NCBI GenBank assembly: GCA_008632985.1
Contig: QPGO01000056.1
Coordinates: 214,406-278,405, forward strand
Direction: 5' to 3'
DNA length: 64,000 nt
Origin: Psammoneis japonica
Lineage: Eukaryota
A program made the translations under genes and the position numbers. This document shows positions 24,301 through 36,310 of the stretch, piece after piece. Numbering within the stretch: the first letter of the stretch is position 1; every line of letters begins with the position of its first letter. Under the pieces are notes generated by a model, which worked only from the letters and a program-made list of their open reading frames with translations, did no database searches and was not told the origin of the DNA.

Positions 24301-25540
24301 TGGACCACCCTTCTGTTGCTGCACTGGATTGTTGTGTTCAAGCATCACCACAGCAGTGTGGGAGAGAGGGACATTGGGAAACAGCCCAAGAGTTGCTTCA
24401 TTGCCATGGCGGTCGTGATGGGGGGCTTTGACATGTCCAATCTTTTTTCTGCATGCTCTTCATGCAAAATTCTCATTGCTTTGTCAGTGAAGTCAATTGC
24501 AACACCTGACCGATGACACAGATGCAGCAAATGCACCATGGGCACAATGCTGGGTGAGCAGACTGGAGGCACATCAAAGTCCTCATCAGGGGTGATGTCA
24601 CGCACTGGTCCAAGAGGATTGTGTTGATCAAAGGAAGAAACCGAAATGGATTCAGCACCGGGGGAGGAGGAACAGGCTCTTCCATCGGACGTGAGATTGA
24701 GGGGGGCCCACAACTGCCATCAAGACCGTTGGCTCCAATGAACTTGGGGACATCCACAGGACTGTCCTCTCCAAGGGCAGACACACCATCATCTGCAAAC
24801 AAAACAAATTGGTGGGCATTTTGGGTGGCTGCACTGGTGGCAGCAACATTGGCGGTGGAACGCAATCAACCAGAGCATCTGACGGAGGGTGGGCACAGTC
24901 CATTTCCGGCAGAGGGAGGGCCAGCTGGAGAAGAATTGTTGAATTGTGTGGGAGGAGGTGGATCTGGATTCCAAAGGACTTCAGGAAGGGGAGGCAGGGG
25001 TTCGTCATTGAAAAAACCAAACACAGCAGGATCATCATGGTCGTCAAGTGATTTGCCATCTGGAGGGGGCAGCAAATTTGCGGCATTTGAAGATGCGGCA
25101 AACCGGCAAAGAGACATTTCCTCCTTTTCATGGCAGGGCAAGCACTTCTGTAGATGAAGGGCAATGTTGGAAAAGGGGACACGGCAATGGGGGCATTTGG
25201 GTTTGTCGGTGTTGGACCCAAGGGAGGCAACGGAGGCAGAATCCAGAGGATGAGAGGAAAGAGATGTCCCGCTGGACAGGGAAGATGATTGGGCATTGTG
25301 GTGCAACTGTGTTGATGGGGAAGGGAGAACAGATGCAGCAGTGCAGTGCCAAGATGGGTGACACTGAACATTGGTTTTGGAGTCAAAACCACGTTGTCCG
25401 CAACAAGGACACAACTGAAAGACTTGGTTGGAACGGCGGAACGGAGGCAGTCAGTTGCGATGTGTGCCTGCTGAGACCACATTCAGAAAAGAAACCAGTT
25501 GGTTTGCACCAAGGACAAACAAGACCATCAGACAACATGG
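21321..25540 (-). mobile_element. Degenerate Plavaka-like (CMC-related) DNA transposase
   Basis: N-terminal C2H2-like fingers (CPWC..SRH, CPCC..QCH, CPHC..LH), then LDKTG...MEPAMCSL...WHPLGFTPNLD...LLGDVLNQERICGR...GDNPRGAFGVTIADMRH...KFHSLLHL...NFSAMIEESHLKFWAKLP...AHPNYNNNGLWHD, across several frameshifts. Confidence 0.65.
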
Positions 25541-26842
25541 CCGATGTGCAGAGACAAAGGAGTGTTAAGAAGAGAATCGAATGGAACAGCATGTGCAGCA
25601 GCAACAATCACTTGGGGGATTTGGTGAGGGCAGAAACATGGGACAAGAAAAAGGTGCGATGGGGGAAGGCACATGGAGAGAAGGATGGAATGGGCAGGGA
25701 GAGAAAATTTAGAAGGCAAGTGGAGTCCACCTTGACCAACACATGAGGCGATTTTGATGCAGAAAATTGATTGACACACAATCCAGAAATCAACACGCAA
25801 TTGAACAAACACATGAGGCTTGTCGGAAGGGGGGGTGAACAGTCAAATTGGGGAATGGAGATGTTTGTTGTTGAATGTTTGACAATTACAAACTTGAAAA
25901 ATCAGCACAATCTTGGATCAAATGGAGAACATGTCGGGATTTGTTTCAAGAAATCTTGACGGCCAGTGCGACACCTGGACCATTGGTGTCCCAGATGTGT
26001 GTGTTGGTTTGTTCTTTGCCGCCAGTACTCATCAACCAGACATTGCCTAGATTGCACAAACTTGCTTCAATGCAGCAACAAAAAGTGACAAACTCAGGTG
26101 CAGCAGCAGAAATTTCATGTGCTCTTGTTCTGTGTCATTTCTGCGCAGCAACGGCGGAGACCACACACAGCAGCAGGATTTGCGCACACACTTGCTGCTG
26201 CCAAGACATCTCTCTGTTCTGACATCACACTCTCCTCTCCTGCACATCATCTTGCACATGGTTGGTTGCTGTGCATGCTGGCCAGCTGTGCTGTCTCAAA
26301 ACAAGAGCACACGGGGGTTGCTGAGTGGGCTGGAACACAGCCTCTCCCATCACAGGAGGTCACCACTGGTGTTTTTTGATTGGGTTGTGATCACATTTTT
26401 TTTCTCTTGGTCAAAAAATCCCGTGTTGCTAGAGCTCTGCTCTAGCTGTGCTAGAGAGAGGGCCCTGCAGCACCCCGGGAGAGTGAACGCCGCCTTGCAC
26501 AGCCCTCCCGTGACGAAATGAGTGAGGGAAAGAAAAAAAAAAACCAAACTCTAATTTTTAAGTGCTACGAGGGAAAGACGTACGTAGTGCCGGTAGGGTG
26601 ATGGACAGACTCGTTGACACTGAAAACCGCGCCGCGCCGCCCCGCCGCCGCAACAACTAACAACGGGCAACGGGCTTCAACGATGAGGCTACCAATACAT
26701 GGAAACGGAACAACGTAACGTCTTGTAAGCAATACTCGTAAGCGGCTAGGAAAACAAATCATACCATGATCTGATAGGATACGACACATGAAATGGAGAA
26801 TAGCAAGCTGAAAATTAGAACAAGCTGCCGGCCGTGGAGAAA

Positions 26843-28840
26843 ATGTCGTTGCCCTACAGACTCCGCCCTCCCGTGTACGGTGGGAAGCTGAAAGCGCAAA
26901 AGCGTCAGGAATCTGATGGTGATGTAGACGACGAATTGGTGGGCGGTGGGCCTACGCAGCGTGCTATTCAGCAAGACTTGATTGAATTACGTTCGAGATT
27001 CTTGGAGAATGTTGCTCCCGGTCCGTCTCAGAATCACAGTCCCTGCGGAAGCGTCTTTGCCTCCTTCAAGGAGGTCTTCTCGGACTGTAAGGTTGCCCTC
27101 CTCCACAGCCGCACTATACCCCCACGATGTGATCGAGATGCCTACTCGCAGCTGATTTATTCTGCATGTCTTTCAATGTTGAAAGACTCTGTTGATGAGA
27201 ATGGTTGCTTTCAACCGGGGCATGCTGCATTCGCACTTTTCTGCATGTACGCTCTGTACGAGACAAATCCCTTGAGGAAAGGCACTGATGACGACCGAAG
27301 TAAATTGGAAATGTTGCCATTGGGACTTCAGGCGGAAAACCCAAAGGCTCTTTTCCGTCGTTCCTTCAAGACACCGATACGCATAGACCGCCAACACTAT
27401 TTGTTGCTGCAGCGACTGCGAGACGAAGCCTTGGCACGACAGGCGGATTGTCGGGCGGATTCTTTTGAGAGAAGAGAGAATCATATTATTCATGACAGTC
27501 AGCACAGAGAATCAATTGGTGTTTCTTGTTGTTGTGGTATTTCTACAGACACCATACATGTCTTGGACAGGTTGTTTACTTCTGATTCTTTCGATTTTAC
27601 CGAATACACAGGCCCTTGCGGCTTGGAAGGATTGGCAGGCCACGAAGACTACCCTTTTCGGTGTACTCGTCCAAAGAGAAAAAAATCAAAGGAAAATCTG
27701 GCTTCTTTGAAGGATGACGTGATGACTGATGCTGAGTTGGATGTTGTAGGTCTTTCGGAGGTAGAATCTTCATCTAATGACCTTTCCAACTGCGGGCAGA
27801 CGTATTGGTCATACCTAGATTCCATTCGGTCACCTCCAATCCGAAAGAAAATGCCGAAAACTTCAAGTCAGATACAGAGTACCCTACAAACTCTATGGGA
27901 AAGCCAACGCTCCCGAACGTCCTGGAGTAAAATCTCGGGCAAATCATCCATTGCTGCAAGACATGATGCGCCTGGCGGCGTTGACAGCCAAGCACCTAGT
28001 AGAGCACCTGATGCGTTGTCAACACAAGGAGGCGATGAAACTGTTGGACAACTAAGCACGGTCGTCGGAGAAAGTGACGATGGTGCATTGACGTATCGGG
28101 TGGTCCTGCCGCATGATTTGCCCGTGGTCGAGCAGAATGGAATAAAAGACGTTCTAGGGAGGATGATGGAACGTGAAGGCGCATCTTTGTTGGCACAGGT
28201 TGATGAACATCATCGTAGTGTAACTGTGACGATTCCCCCAATAGTCCTTGGACAATCACCTCCATCTCCATCCATTGACATCAATGATGATGGGACCTCC
28301 GTCGGACAACAAGGCGCTCCCTCGGTGACAAGCAGCCTGGCCACCGGTATGGGACAGGTGGCGCTGCGGAAGCTTCTTCTGACTGCCAGTAATGCCTCAC
28401 GGACTACCGAGCAAGTTGCAGCTTCATCGCATCAGAGAAGGCGGGTCGATGAGACTCGTCGCTCTTTTTTAACAATGGAAAGCAAGCCCGAGGCAGAGAA
28501 GGAGGTTTCCGGCTCTTTGTCTGAGGTTTCAGAACTTTCTTCGGACGACGATGTATCTGTAGCCGCCGCCTCTGCTGTGGGCCAGACTGCACTTCGTCAA
28601 CTCTTAGCAACGGTTGACCCTGCTTCCGGCAAAGCAAAGAAGAGGAATCGCAGCCGAACGAATTCTCAATCTCAACGCGAAAAGGGAAACTCACATGCAA
28701 GGAAACGACGAAAAAAGCCTACACAAAACAAATCAACCCTTTGGGATGAAGACTCTTTTGCTAGCATTGCAAAAGGCACAGGGAAGGCTGCATTGGATGC
28801 TCTTCTATCCCGAGTAACAGGGCGGAGTTGCTCGCGATGA
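26843..28840 (+). CDS. Putative snRNA-activating protein complex subunit 1 (SNAP43)-like protein
   Basis: Intact ~665-aa ORF with normal composition. N-terminal FASFKEVF...FALFCMYALYETNP...PIRID resembles SNAP43 (ALYLLYGLYNTQ...KIRV); low-complexity C-terminus with a basic NLS. Confidence 0.55.
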   Translation: MSLPYRLRPPVYGGKLKAQKRQESDGDVDDELVGGGPTQRAIQQDLIELRSRFLENVAPGPSQNHSPCGSVFASFKEVFSDCKVALLHSRTIPPRCDRDAYSQLIYSACLSMLKDSVDENGCFQPGHAAFALFCMYALYETNPLRKGTDDDRSKLEMLPLGLQAENPKALFRRSFKTPIRIDRQHYLLLQRLRDEALARQADCRADSFERRENHIIHDSQHRESIGVSCCCGISTDTIHVLDRLFTSDSFDFTEYTGPCGLEGLAGHEDYPFRCTRPKRKKSKENLASLKDDVMTDAELDVVGLSEVESSSNDLSNCGQTYWSYLDSIRSPPIRKKMPKTSSQIQSTLQTLWESQRSRTSWSKISGKSSIAARHDAPGGVDSQAPSRAPDALSTQGGDETVGQLSTVVGESDDGALTYRVVLPHDLPVVEQNGIKDVLGRMMEREGASLLAQVDEHHRSVTVTIPPIVLGQSPPSPSIDINDDGTSVGQQGAPSVTSSLATGMGQVALRKLLLTASNASRTTEQVAASSHQRRRVDETRRSFLTMESKPEAEKEVSGSLSEVSELSSDDDVSVAAASAVGQTALRQLLATVDPASGKAKKRNRSRTNSQSQREKGNSHARKRRKKPTQNKSTLWDEDSFASIAKGTGKAALDALLSRVTGRSCSR

Positions 28841-29121
28841 TTCTTCCGAGGATGACGGCTCTTCAGTAGTATGAACCGGTGGTATAAAGTAGTACCGCAG
28901 TTATTTTTTTCAAGTTTGATTTGTTTCTAGCTTTCTTGCTGGTGCTTCTGTACTTTTGTGCTTCTTGGCAGGACAACTTCCAAACTTGAAATGATCCTTG
29001 GTCGGTCCGTCATCCGTCATGCGCACCTCACAACCGACAACCGGCAGAATAGAAGCGATGGCGGCCAGCTGATGCAACACATCACACATCGCTTTCACTA
29101 TTGTCACCGGCACCCGAGACC

Positions 29122-32100
29122 ATGGACGACGGAGACGAGGGTGTCGCTGTGGCACAAGAAGATGAAATGAGTGTGGAGGAAGAACTACAAATGGTCACAG
29201 CACCTCCTTTGTACGTTCGTCCCGCCTATTTCCGCCAAACACGCAAGCGAGGCAAGGTCTTCAAAACAGTGACGGAGCGATATATTCGCGATGATTTGTT
29301 CTTCGGGTGTTATTACGTTGACGACAGTGATCCCAAAAGGCGTGCAAAAGAAGCTGTTGTGGGACGTCCTCATGTGATTGAAAATGTTACTCAGCTCATC
29401 GCACTTATGAAGCCGTGCCCTACGTCATCTCTGGTTGTCTGTGATACCAACGTGCTACTCCACAACTTGGACGTGCTTGAACAAGGAGGTGATGGCATGC
29501 CGAATATAGTAATTCCCCAGACTTCCCTCATGGAATGCAGATCGAACCAGCTTACAGCCTATAATCGAACAGTGGAATTACTTCGATCCGTGGGAGGTCA
29601 GCGATTGGTGATTTTCTTTGCCGACCAACATCATGTGGACACTGCCCACGTTGAGAAACAAGCTGACCAGAAGGGCGCAGAAACCATCAATGACATCAAT
29701 GATGCCCGTATCAGAAATGTGGCATCTTTTTATGGCAACCGACTACGAGGAACAAATACAAAGGTGGTTCTTTTAACCGACGACGCGCAATCGCGAGACA
29801 GAGCCATGCGTGACCAAGAAGGAGACGCCGTTTACGAAGCTAGATCGGTTCGGAGTTGGGTACAGGAACTGGAACAAAAAGATCCTAAACTGTCCTTATC
29901 TGATTTAGTGGCGCAATTTGGGGGAACATCTCTGCATGCGGATGTGGGTGCTACGTCTCAGAAACAGTACTTTCCATCGCATTTAGACGCCAAGGACTTG
30001 TCTTTGGGTGTACAGTCTGGGTTGTATCACCGTGGTGTGTTGCGTTCTTCCAGCTTAACGGAAGCATGGGTGACGATTCGACGAGGAGACGAACGAGTTG
30101 CTGTTTCAATAGTTGGTTCAAATAATCGAAATCGTGCAGTGGACGGAGATGTTGTAGCGATTGCTCTAAACCCCTTGTCTGAATGGATGTCAGCCACAAC
30201 GCAAGACTCTGGTGGGATTACCAAGGACGATTCTGTAGGTATCGCGAACGACACGGCGGAGCCAACGCATGCTGAAATGAATAACGTTCCGTCTACGTTG
30301 TCATTGGATGAAGCTTCAGCAAAGTCATTGCGACCAACGGGCAATGTGGTTGGCATCTTGCGTCGCAACTTTCTGAATTATTGCGGCTCAATCTACCAAA
30401 AATCATCGTCGTCGACATCATTGTCTAAGGATCGAGACGCCCTTGCGTCCAAGTACGAAGTTGAGCATGCGGATGGGAGTACGACATGCGTGTTTTACGC
30501 AGTGGATAGCAAGATACCTCCTGTGCTTTTACGTACGACCCAGAGGCAACGACTTCTCGGACAGAGAATCCTTGTTTCTATCGATTCATGGCCAGCCAAT
30601 TCGCCATACCCTCTGGGACACTATGTAAGGTCATTTGGAAAAGCCGGAACAAAGGATGGAGAAACCCAAGTTTTGCTCCAGCAGCACAAGATTCCTCACG
30701 AGCCATTCCCTGCCAAAGTATGTCAGGTGTTTAAAATGATTAGGCGTTTTCTCGTCAAAATGAAAAAGCGCGAAAGCTCACATGTGTCTCCTTTTTTATT
30801 CCTTGTCAGGTTCTTGCATGTCTTCCTCCTGCTGACTACAAAATTGATGCTGACAGCAGTTCTGGTCGACAAGACTTGCGTCACTTGCAAATCCTATCGA
30901 TTGATCCACCAGGCTGCAAGGATATCGATGACGCTCTCCACTGCATCGTTCTCCCTAATGGGAATTATCAAGTTGGTGTGCACATTGCGGACGTGACGCA
31001 CTACGTAAAGGCTGGGACGGCGATTGACTTGGAGGCGGCCAATCGATCCACGTCAACTTACCTTGTCAACAGACGTCTCGATATGCTTCCAGGGTTATTG
31101 ACAACGGACCTATGCAGTCTAAAAGGAAATGTGGATAGGTAAGTTCGAAAGACATGGCTTGTGATCATTAGATTTGTCGGTGATTAATTTCAATGGCTTC
31201 TTGCTTCGCACGAAGGTACGCCTTTTCTGTTTTGTGGGAAACAACACCAGAAGCTGAGATTGTCAATGTTGACTTCAAAAAGACTATCATACATTCAATA
31301 GCTGCGCTTACATACCAGCAAGCGCAGAGTCTTATCGATCAACCGGACGACAAGGAGGACATCCAAGCAGGAGCTGTGAAACGCCTCGCATCTCTTGCAC
31401 GGAAGTTTCGCAGCAGAAGAATCGAAGCAGGCGCCCTAACGCTAGCGTCGCCCGAAGTGAAATTCGTTTTAGACAGCGAATCGCTCAATCCAACCGATGT
31501 TCAAGCATACACGTTGCTTGAAGCGAATGCACTGGTGGAGGAATTTATGCTTCTTGCAAATGTTACAGTATCAAAAAAGATTCTTCGGCATTATCCTACG
31601 CTCTCAATCCTTCGACGCCACCCCGCCCCGAATCGAGGCATGTTTGATGGCTTAATTAGCAAAGCAAAGAGTCGAGGATTCAAGATTGACATTGGAGATT
31701 CCAAGCGCCTTGCAGATTCGCTTGATGCTGCACAAATGGAGTCAGACCCCTTCTTCAATCGCCTACTTCGAATATTGTCAACTCGGTGCATGTCACCTGC
31801 TCAATATTTCTGCTCTGGCGAGTATAAACCCACGGACTGGCACCATTATGGACTTGCGGCTCCCGTTTATACGCATTTCACGTCCCCCATTCGACGCTAT
31901 GCAGATGTTTGCGTCCACAGATTGCTTGCAACTGCAATCGGGGTGGCTCCGTTACCTGTGCATCTTTCATCAAAAAGCTATCTTCATGATCTGGCGGCGA
32001 ACATGAACCGAAGACATCGTGCTGCTCAGTTGGCGGGGAGAGCAAGTGTGCAGCTACACACCCTCATTTTCTTTTCAGGAGAGGCGGGCAAGGAAGAGGA

Positions 32101-32458
32101 TGCATACGTACTGGATGTCGACACGTCAGGAGCTAGCGAGCCATCCTTCACTGTAATTGTTCCGCGCTATGGTATTGAAGGACGGGTGTCCCTTCCTGGC
32201 ATATCTGCAGATGACCCAAGACTTACTCGCGAGCCAGAGAAGCATCGTATTGTCTATGGTAGTAGCGACGCAAAGTCTTCACTACAGGTGTTCGACAAAG
32301 TCCGGGTGCGCATATGGGTGCGTGAGTTGCACGAATATCAAAAGGAGCTTGTGATTGATCTTTTGTCACCGTCCTTTCGACCAGGATCCACGTCAGGCAA
32401 AAGAATTAGTGACTCTGTCGAGGGACCACCAGTCAAGAAACACAGGCGATCAAACTAG
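29122..32458 (+). CDS. DIS3: Exosome catalytic subunit DIS3/RRP44 (PIN + RNB domains), 2 introns
   Basis: [45 protein letters not shown] and [18 protein letters not shown] introns at 30718-30809 and 31139-31215 restore the frame. Confidence 0.96.
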
Positions 32459-33126
32459 ACTGTTTTGAAACCGCTGCGATTCGATTTGTCAGAAGTAGAA
32501 CGGAAGTCTACGGAAGAAGACTAAGTGTTGAACACGGAAAAAGTGAAAGTGGCGTCTGCGTTGCACGCATGCTTTTACGCCACAATTCTGCCACATTGTA
32601 CCTTATCTGATCCTGCAGGATAGCCATAGACACCAGACAAATCTAAGGAGTGCCGGACAGTTTCCCACACCGTGAAGGTGCTCCTTCAATACTTCTATCT
32701 TTAGCTAATTGTAGACCAAGACTTAACGCTACTTACTGTCGAAGATTGCGCTATCCAACTCGGAGAGATTAGAAAAAAGATACACACATTCTCCCGGTAC
32801 GTAGAGATAGCTTCAAAACATAGCTTGAGCTTTTGCTAACGGTACGCATTCGTTCTCTTTCTCGACTGACTCCCTCTCCCTCGTACCATATTTTCATAGG
32901 TTAGCACCATGGTTGCGCGCGCCCTATGCCTCCGACTGAGCACGGGAATCAAGATCGCGGTATCTTCGGACACAGCAACACAGAGACACGGTTTAGGATT
33001 TTTGATTTTCACGTTTGGGTGTTGTTTTGTGCATTGTTGATCTATCCGGGATTGTGAGTTGGTGACCGAGGTCCGTGACAAAGAGTAGCAGCATCTTGTA
33101 GTACTGTGAAACCCTTCCTCATCACT

Positions 33127-33717
33127 ATGACTATTTTCAGTATCCGGAAATCCGTTTTCTTCCTATGCTTTGCTCTCTTGACCGCCGGCGCGTTAACGGA
33201 CGACGCTGAAGCTGCTGCGGCTGCTTCGGACGGTCTTTTTTCTTCGGTCAAGGAGCAGTACTACGATAATCTGTCTCCGCCCGGGAAATTCGCGACTGGT
33301 GCAGGGATTGGATTCATCGGTTCTCGACTCACAGTCAAAACAGCGTCGAAAGCTGTCAAGGTTGCCGGGGCAACATTTATCGCGTGAGTTTTTGCCCCAT
33401 GCATGCACGTCTCGTGTCTTCACCTTTTCATTCTAAATTACCTGATGATTTTCGAATTGGTTTCTTTTTCAAAATAATGGATCAGGACCGAGGTCGCTAA
33501 TTACGCTGGTATTTTTGACAAAGTATCAGAAGAAAACTCTGCACGCATTCAGATGGTTAAGAACAAAGTTGGCAACACTTTCAACCGGTACCGCCTTGAA
33601 GTTCGTCGCCAGCTCAACCCCGCCAAGATTAGGGAATGCGTAGATTCAGCCTTTACCAAAGAAAGGATGGCTACCCTCGGTGCAGCCACTGGGTGTTTTG
33701 TGGGCTTTGTTCTTTGA
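33127..33717 (+). CDS. FUN14-like membrane protein, 1 intron
   Basis: GAGIGFIGSRLTVKTASKAVKVAGATFIA|TEVANYAGI...GAATGCFVGFVL. Intron 33384-33485 (GTGAG...CAG); hydrophobic N-terminus. Confidence 0.6.
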
Positions 33718-34156
33718 CTTGTGTTCTAGGCTGATATCTATTGCCTAGCGGGAAACTTTAGTACAGTATAGCCAACACTGGAAACTTAAACAGTAATTCG
33801 AATCCTAGATAGATCATGCCCGCAGCTACAGAGAGCATAATTAAAAGATTAAAGGGTTCAAATCATCGAGCTGTTGGTTTTGCTTGCGTTCTTCCCAGCG
33901 CAAGATTGTTGCTAATTCTCGTTTAGTGGTCACAAAATCTGTTGTTGTTTTGGTCATTGGTGCCATCAGATACCACCCACAGCTACAGCACTACCTTGCA
34001 GAAATACCAGTTGTAATAGGTGCAAACATTTCGGTTTCATTAGTCTATAAAATGAACTACTGTACGTGACGAATGAGCCTTTTAGCCACACACGGATGTG
34101 TGAAATCGGCAACGATCAACGACGTTCAGACAAGCGCGCACCACACACTGTACAGT

Positions 34157-34338
34157 CGAGTAAATCTGGGTGGAGCGGTCAGTCCCTGGTCCGGGGCTGA
34201 CGCGCACGATCTGGTGGTTTGTTCTTTCCCACAATCTTATACGATCTAATCGACATAGGGTTCTCTTTGGTTTGTCACTACTACTCTTAGGCTTAAGGTA
34301 CTATCATTACCCCACGCGGCTACATCGGTATTTATTCG
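34157..34338 (+). repeat. 5' LTR of copia element 2
   Basis: CGAGTAAAT...ATTTATTCG; matches 40807-40988 except at 34210 and 34254. Confidence 0.97.
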
Positions 34339-34786
34339 CTTTATCAGAGCCATTGATGAAAAGCTGAACGAAACGGACAAGGAAACAACTCGTTGTAAAC
34401 GGTTGATTGTTGTGATTGTGTGCATGGAACGAGCAGCTGTAGAAAATGTACTGATTCGTACGCGTGGCGTCGAAAGGGGGTTGTCGCGTGCAGCGTGTGC
34501 TCTGTGTCACGTATGACGACCAAAGGAAACAGCTTGCAATGGAAAATGCTCGCAAAGTGGTCACCATCTCCATGTCATTAACGGGTGTGGAACGACTGCG
34601 GCATTGGGCAGCATGCCCGAGCGTGTGCTCACGATGGAAGCGACACGGGATTGATCACCCCGAAGTCGGTTGGCTGCGTGAACCCATCATCATGGCACCG
34701 GTCGGTGTGGCCTCCTGTGCCATGCGCACTCACACCAAATTGCGACCCATTGTGTGGGTCATTGCCTCTGTTTCTCTTGTTGCAGG

Positions 34787-36310
34787 ATGGCAGCGGCACC
34801 AGCAGTGGCACTTGCGGCTTTGGCCGTGGCGGCTGACGTGGACGCGGTGTTGCAAGTTTGTGGTGTTGTTGACCAACACGCTGGGGCGAGGCTTGTTTTC
34901 TATGAAGGGTTTGCCACTCTTGAGAACATTGCTGTTGTGGAAACGGACCATGATGCTGAGGATCTAGCCCAAAGGGCGGCTCGTCGTACAGCAGCTGATG
35001 GACGCGTGACGCTGGGGACGACACAGATTAAGAACTTGCGGGCGTTGGTTTGGTGGTTGAGAGATTTAACGAAACGGAACCAGCCACTGGTCGCGGCGAA
35101 TTTTAACATTGCAGCCATGGCGGCGGCCAGGGACGGCAGGCGCATTGAAAAGGAGTTTACGGAATCCACTGCGACGGTTGACAGCCTCACCAAATTCAAA
35201 GCAGAAGATTTTGACGTGTGTGAAGACGCTTTCTTGAACTTGTTGGCGCAGAAGCTTGGTGCACTTGAGGAGCCGTTGAAGTGTGTCGCGAGGAGGATGC
35301 CTGCACCGGCGGAGTTCGCGGACAATCAGGAGGAGCGCATGTGTCAGCTGCCGCTCGCCGGAGACGCATTTGATGTGGACAATCGTCACGTGCATCGCAT
35401 GTTAAAAGAGCATTTGATTGATGCGGCTGGCTGGGCTTGGATTGAACCATGCGACGCAACAGAAAATGGACGCGAAGCATTCTGGGCCTGGGTTGACCAT
35501 TGCAGTGGCGAAGGCGAATTGAGCAAGCGAGTTCATTTGGCCAAGGCCAATGTCGAAACGTCATTCTACAAAAAGGAAGGTGCACTTACGTTTGAGAAAT
35601 TCACGGAGAAACTCACCAGTGCCTTTGCCACTTTGGACAAGGTTCCGGATGAAAGCATGTCTGCTCGGCAGAAGGTTGAAACATTGCAGAAGGGCATCAA
35701 ATCGGAGGATGCCCGTCTTGTGGCAGCTACGGCCGTTGTTGGCAACCAGCACCCTCGTGACTTCGCGGGGGCGTGTGCTTGTTTCTCATCCGAAGTCTCT
35801 CGTTTACATGCAGGTGCTCAGTTGGAAGCCCGGCGTTGTACGAAGCGCAAGATTTCTCAGATCAGCCGAGGTGGCGGTGGTGGCCGAGGTTTCCATCGCG
35901 GCGGTCGTGGGCGTGGCGGCAGATTTGGCCGCGGTGGAGGACGCGGAGGACATCAAGGAAGGGGCGGTGATCGCACAACTGTGATTGACGGAGTCGATGT
36001 GTCGGATCCTACGAGGACATTTGCCGACCAGGAGTGGGACAGATTGCGCTTTAACGGAGGTCTCAATTGTGTTTTTCAAGCTCGTGAAAGGATGCACGGA
36101 CGCGGTGGTCGAGGAAACCCCACAGGAAGAGGCGGACGCGACGGAGGCAATGGGCAAGCAGCCGAAGCTCAGGTTCAAGACCGTCAAGGTCAAGGGCAGC
36201 AAGGTCAAGCGCAAGGTGAAAACGGTGGCCGCGGTCGCGGAGCTGACCGTGATCGTGGTGGCAGGAATGGGCGCGCTTTCGGTCGAGGGGCCTGTCAATG
36301 TCATGTTTGA
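34787..36310 (+). pseudogene. copia gag, element 2 (open but Tyr-depleted)
   Basis: EPLKCVARR, NGREAFWAWVDHCSGEG and a long RGG-rich C-terminus; ends in TGA in frame with pol. Confidence 0.85.

Larger units (their letters stand above)
7960..26540. other. Old heavily mutated repeat block depleted of both TpA and CpG, TG/CA-rich
   Basis: No TA seen by eye in 7961-9249; TA and CG are rare throughout. Contains several decayed TE-like reading frames. Composition returns sharply to normal near 26550. Confidence 0.85.

Noticed and set aside
7960..26540. Dense overlapping ORFs in all six frames suggesting many small genes
   Set aside because: Artefact of TAA/TAG loss through TpA depletion; the products are Cys/His-rich, Tyr-poor and mostly lack motifs.
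35860..36300. GGC/GGT-rich simple repeat
   Set aside because: It encodes the RGG-rich tail of copia Gag.
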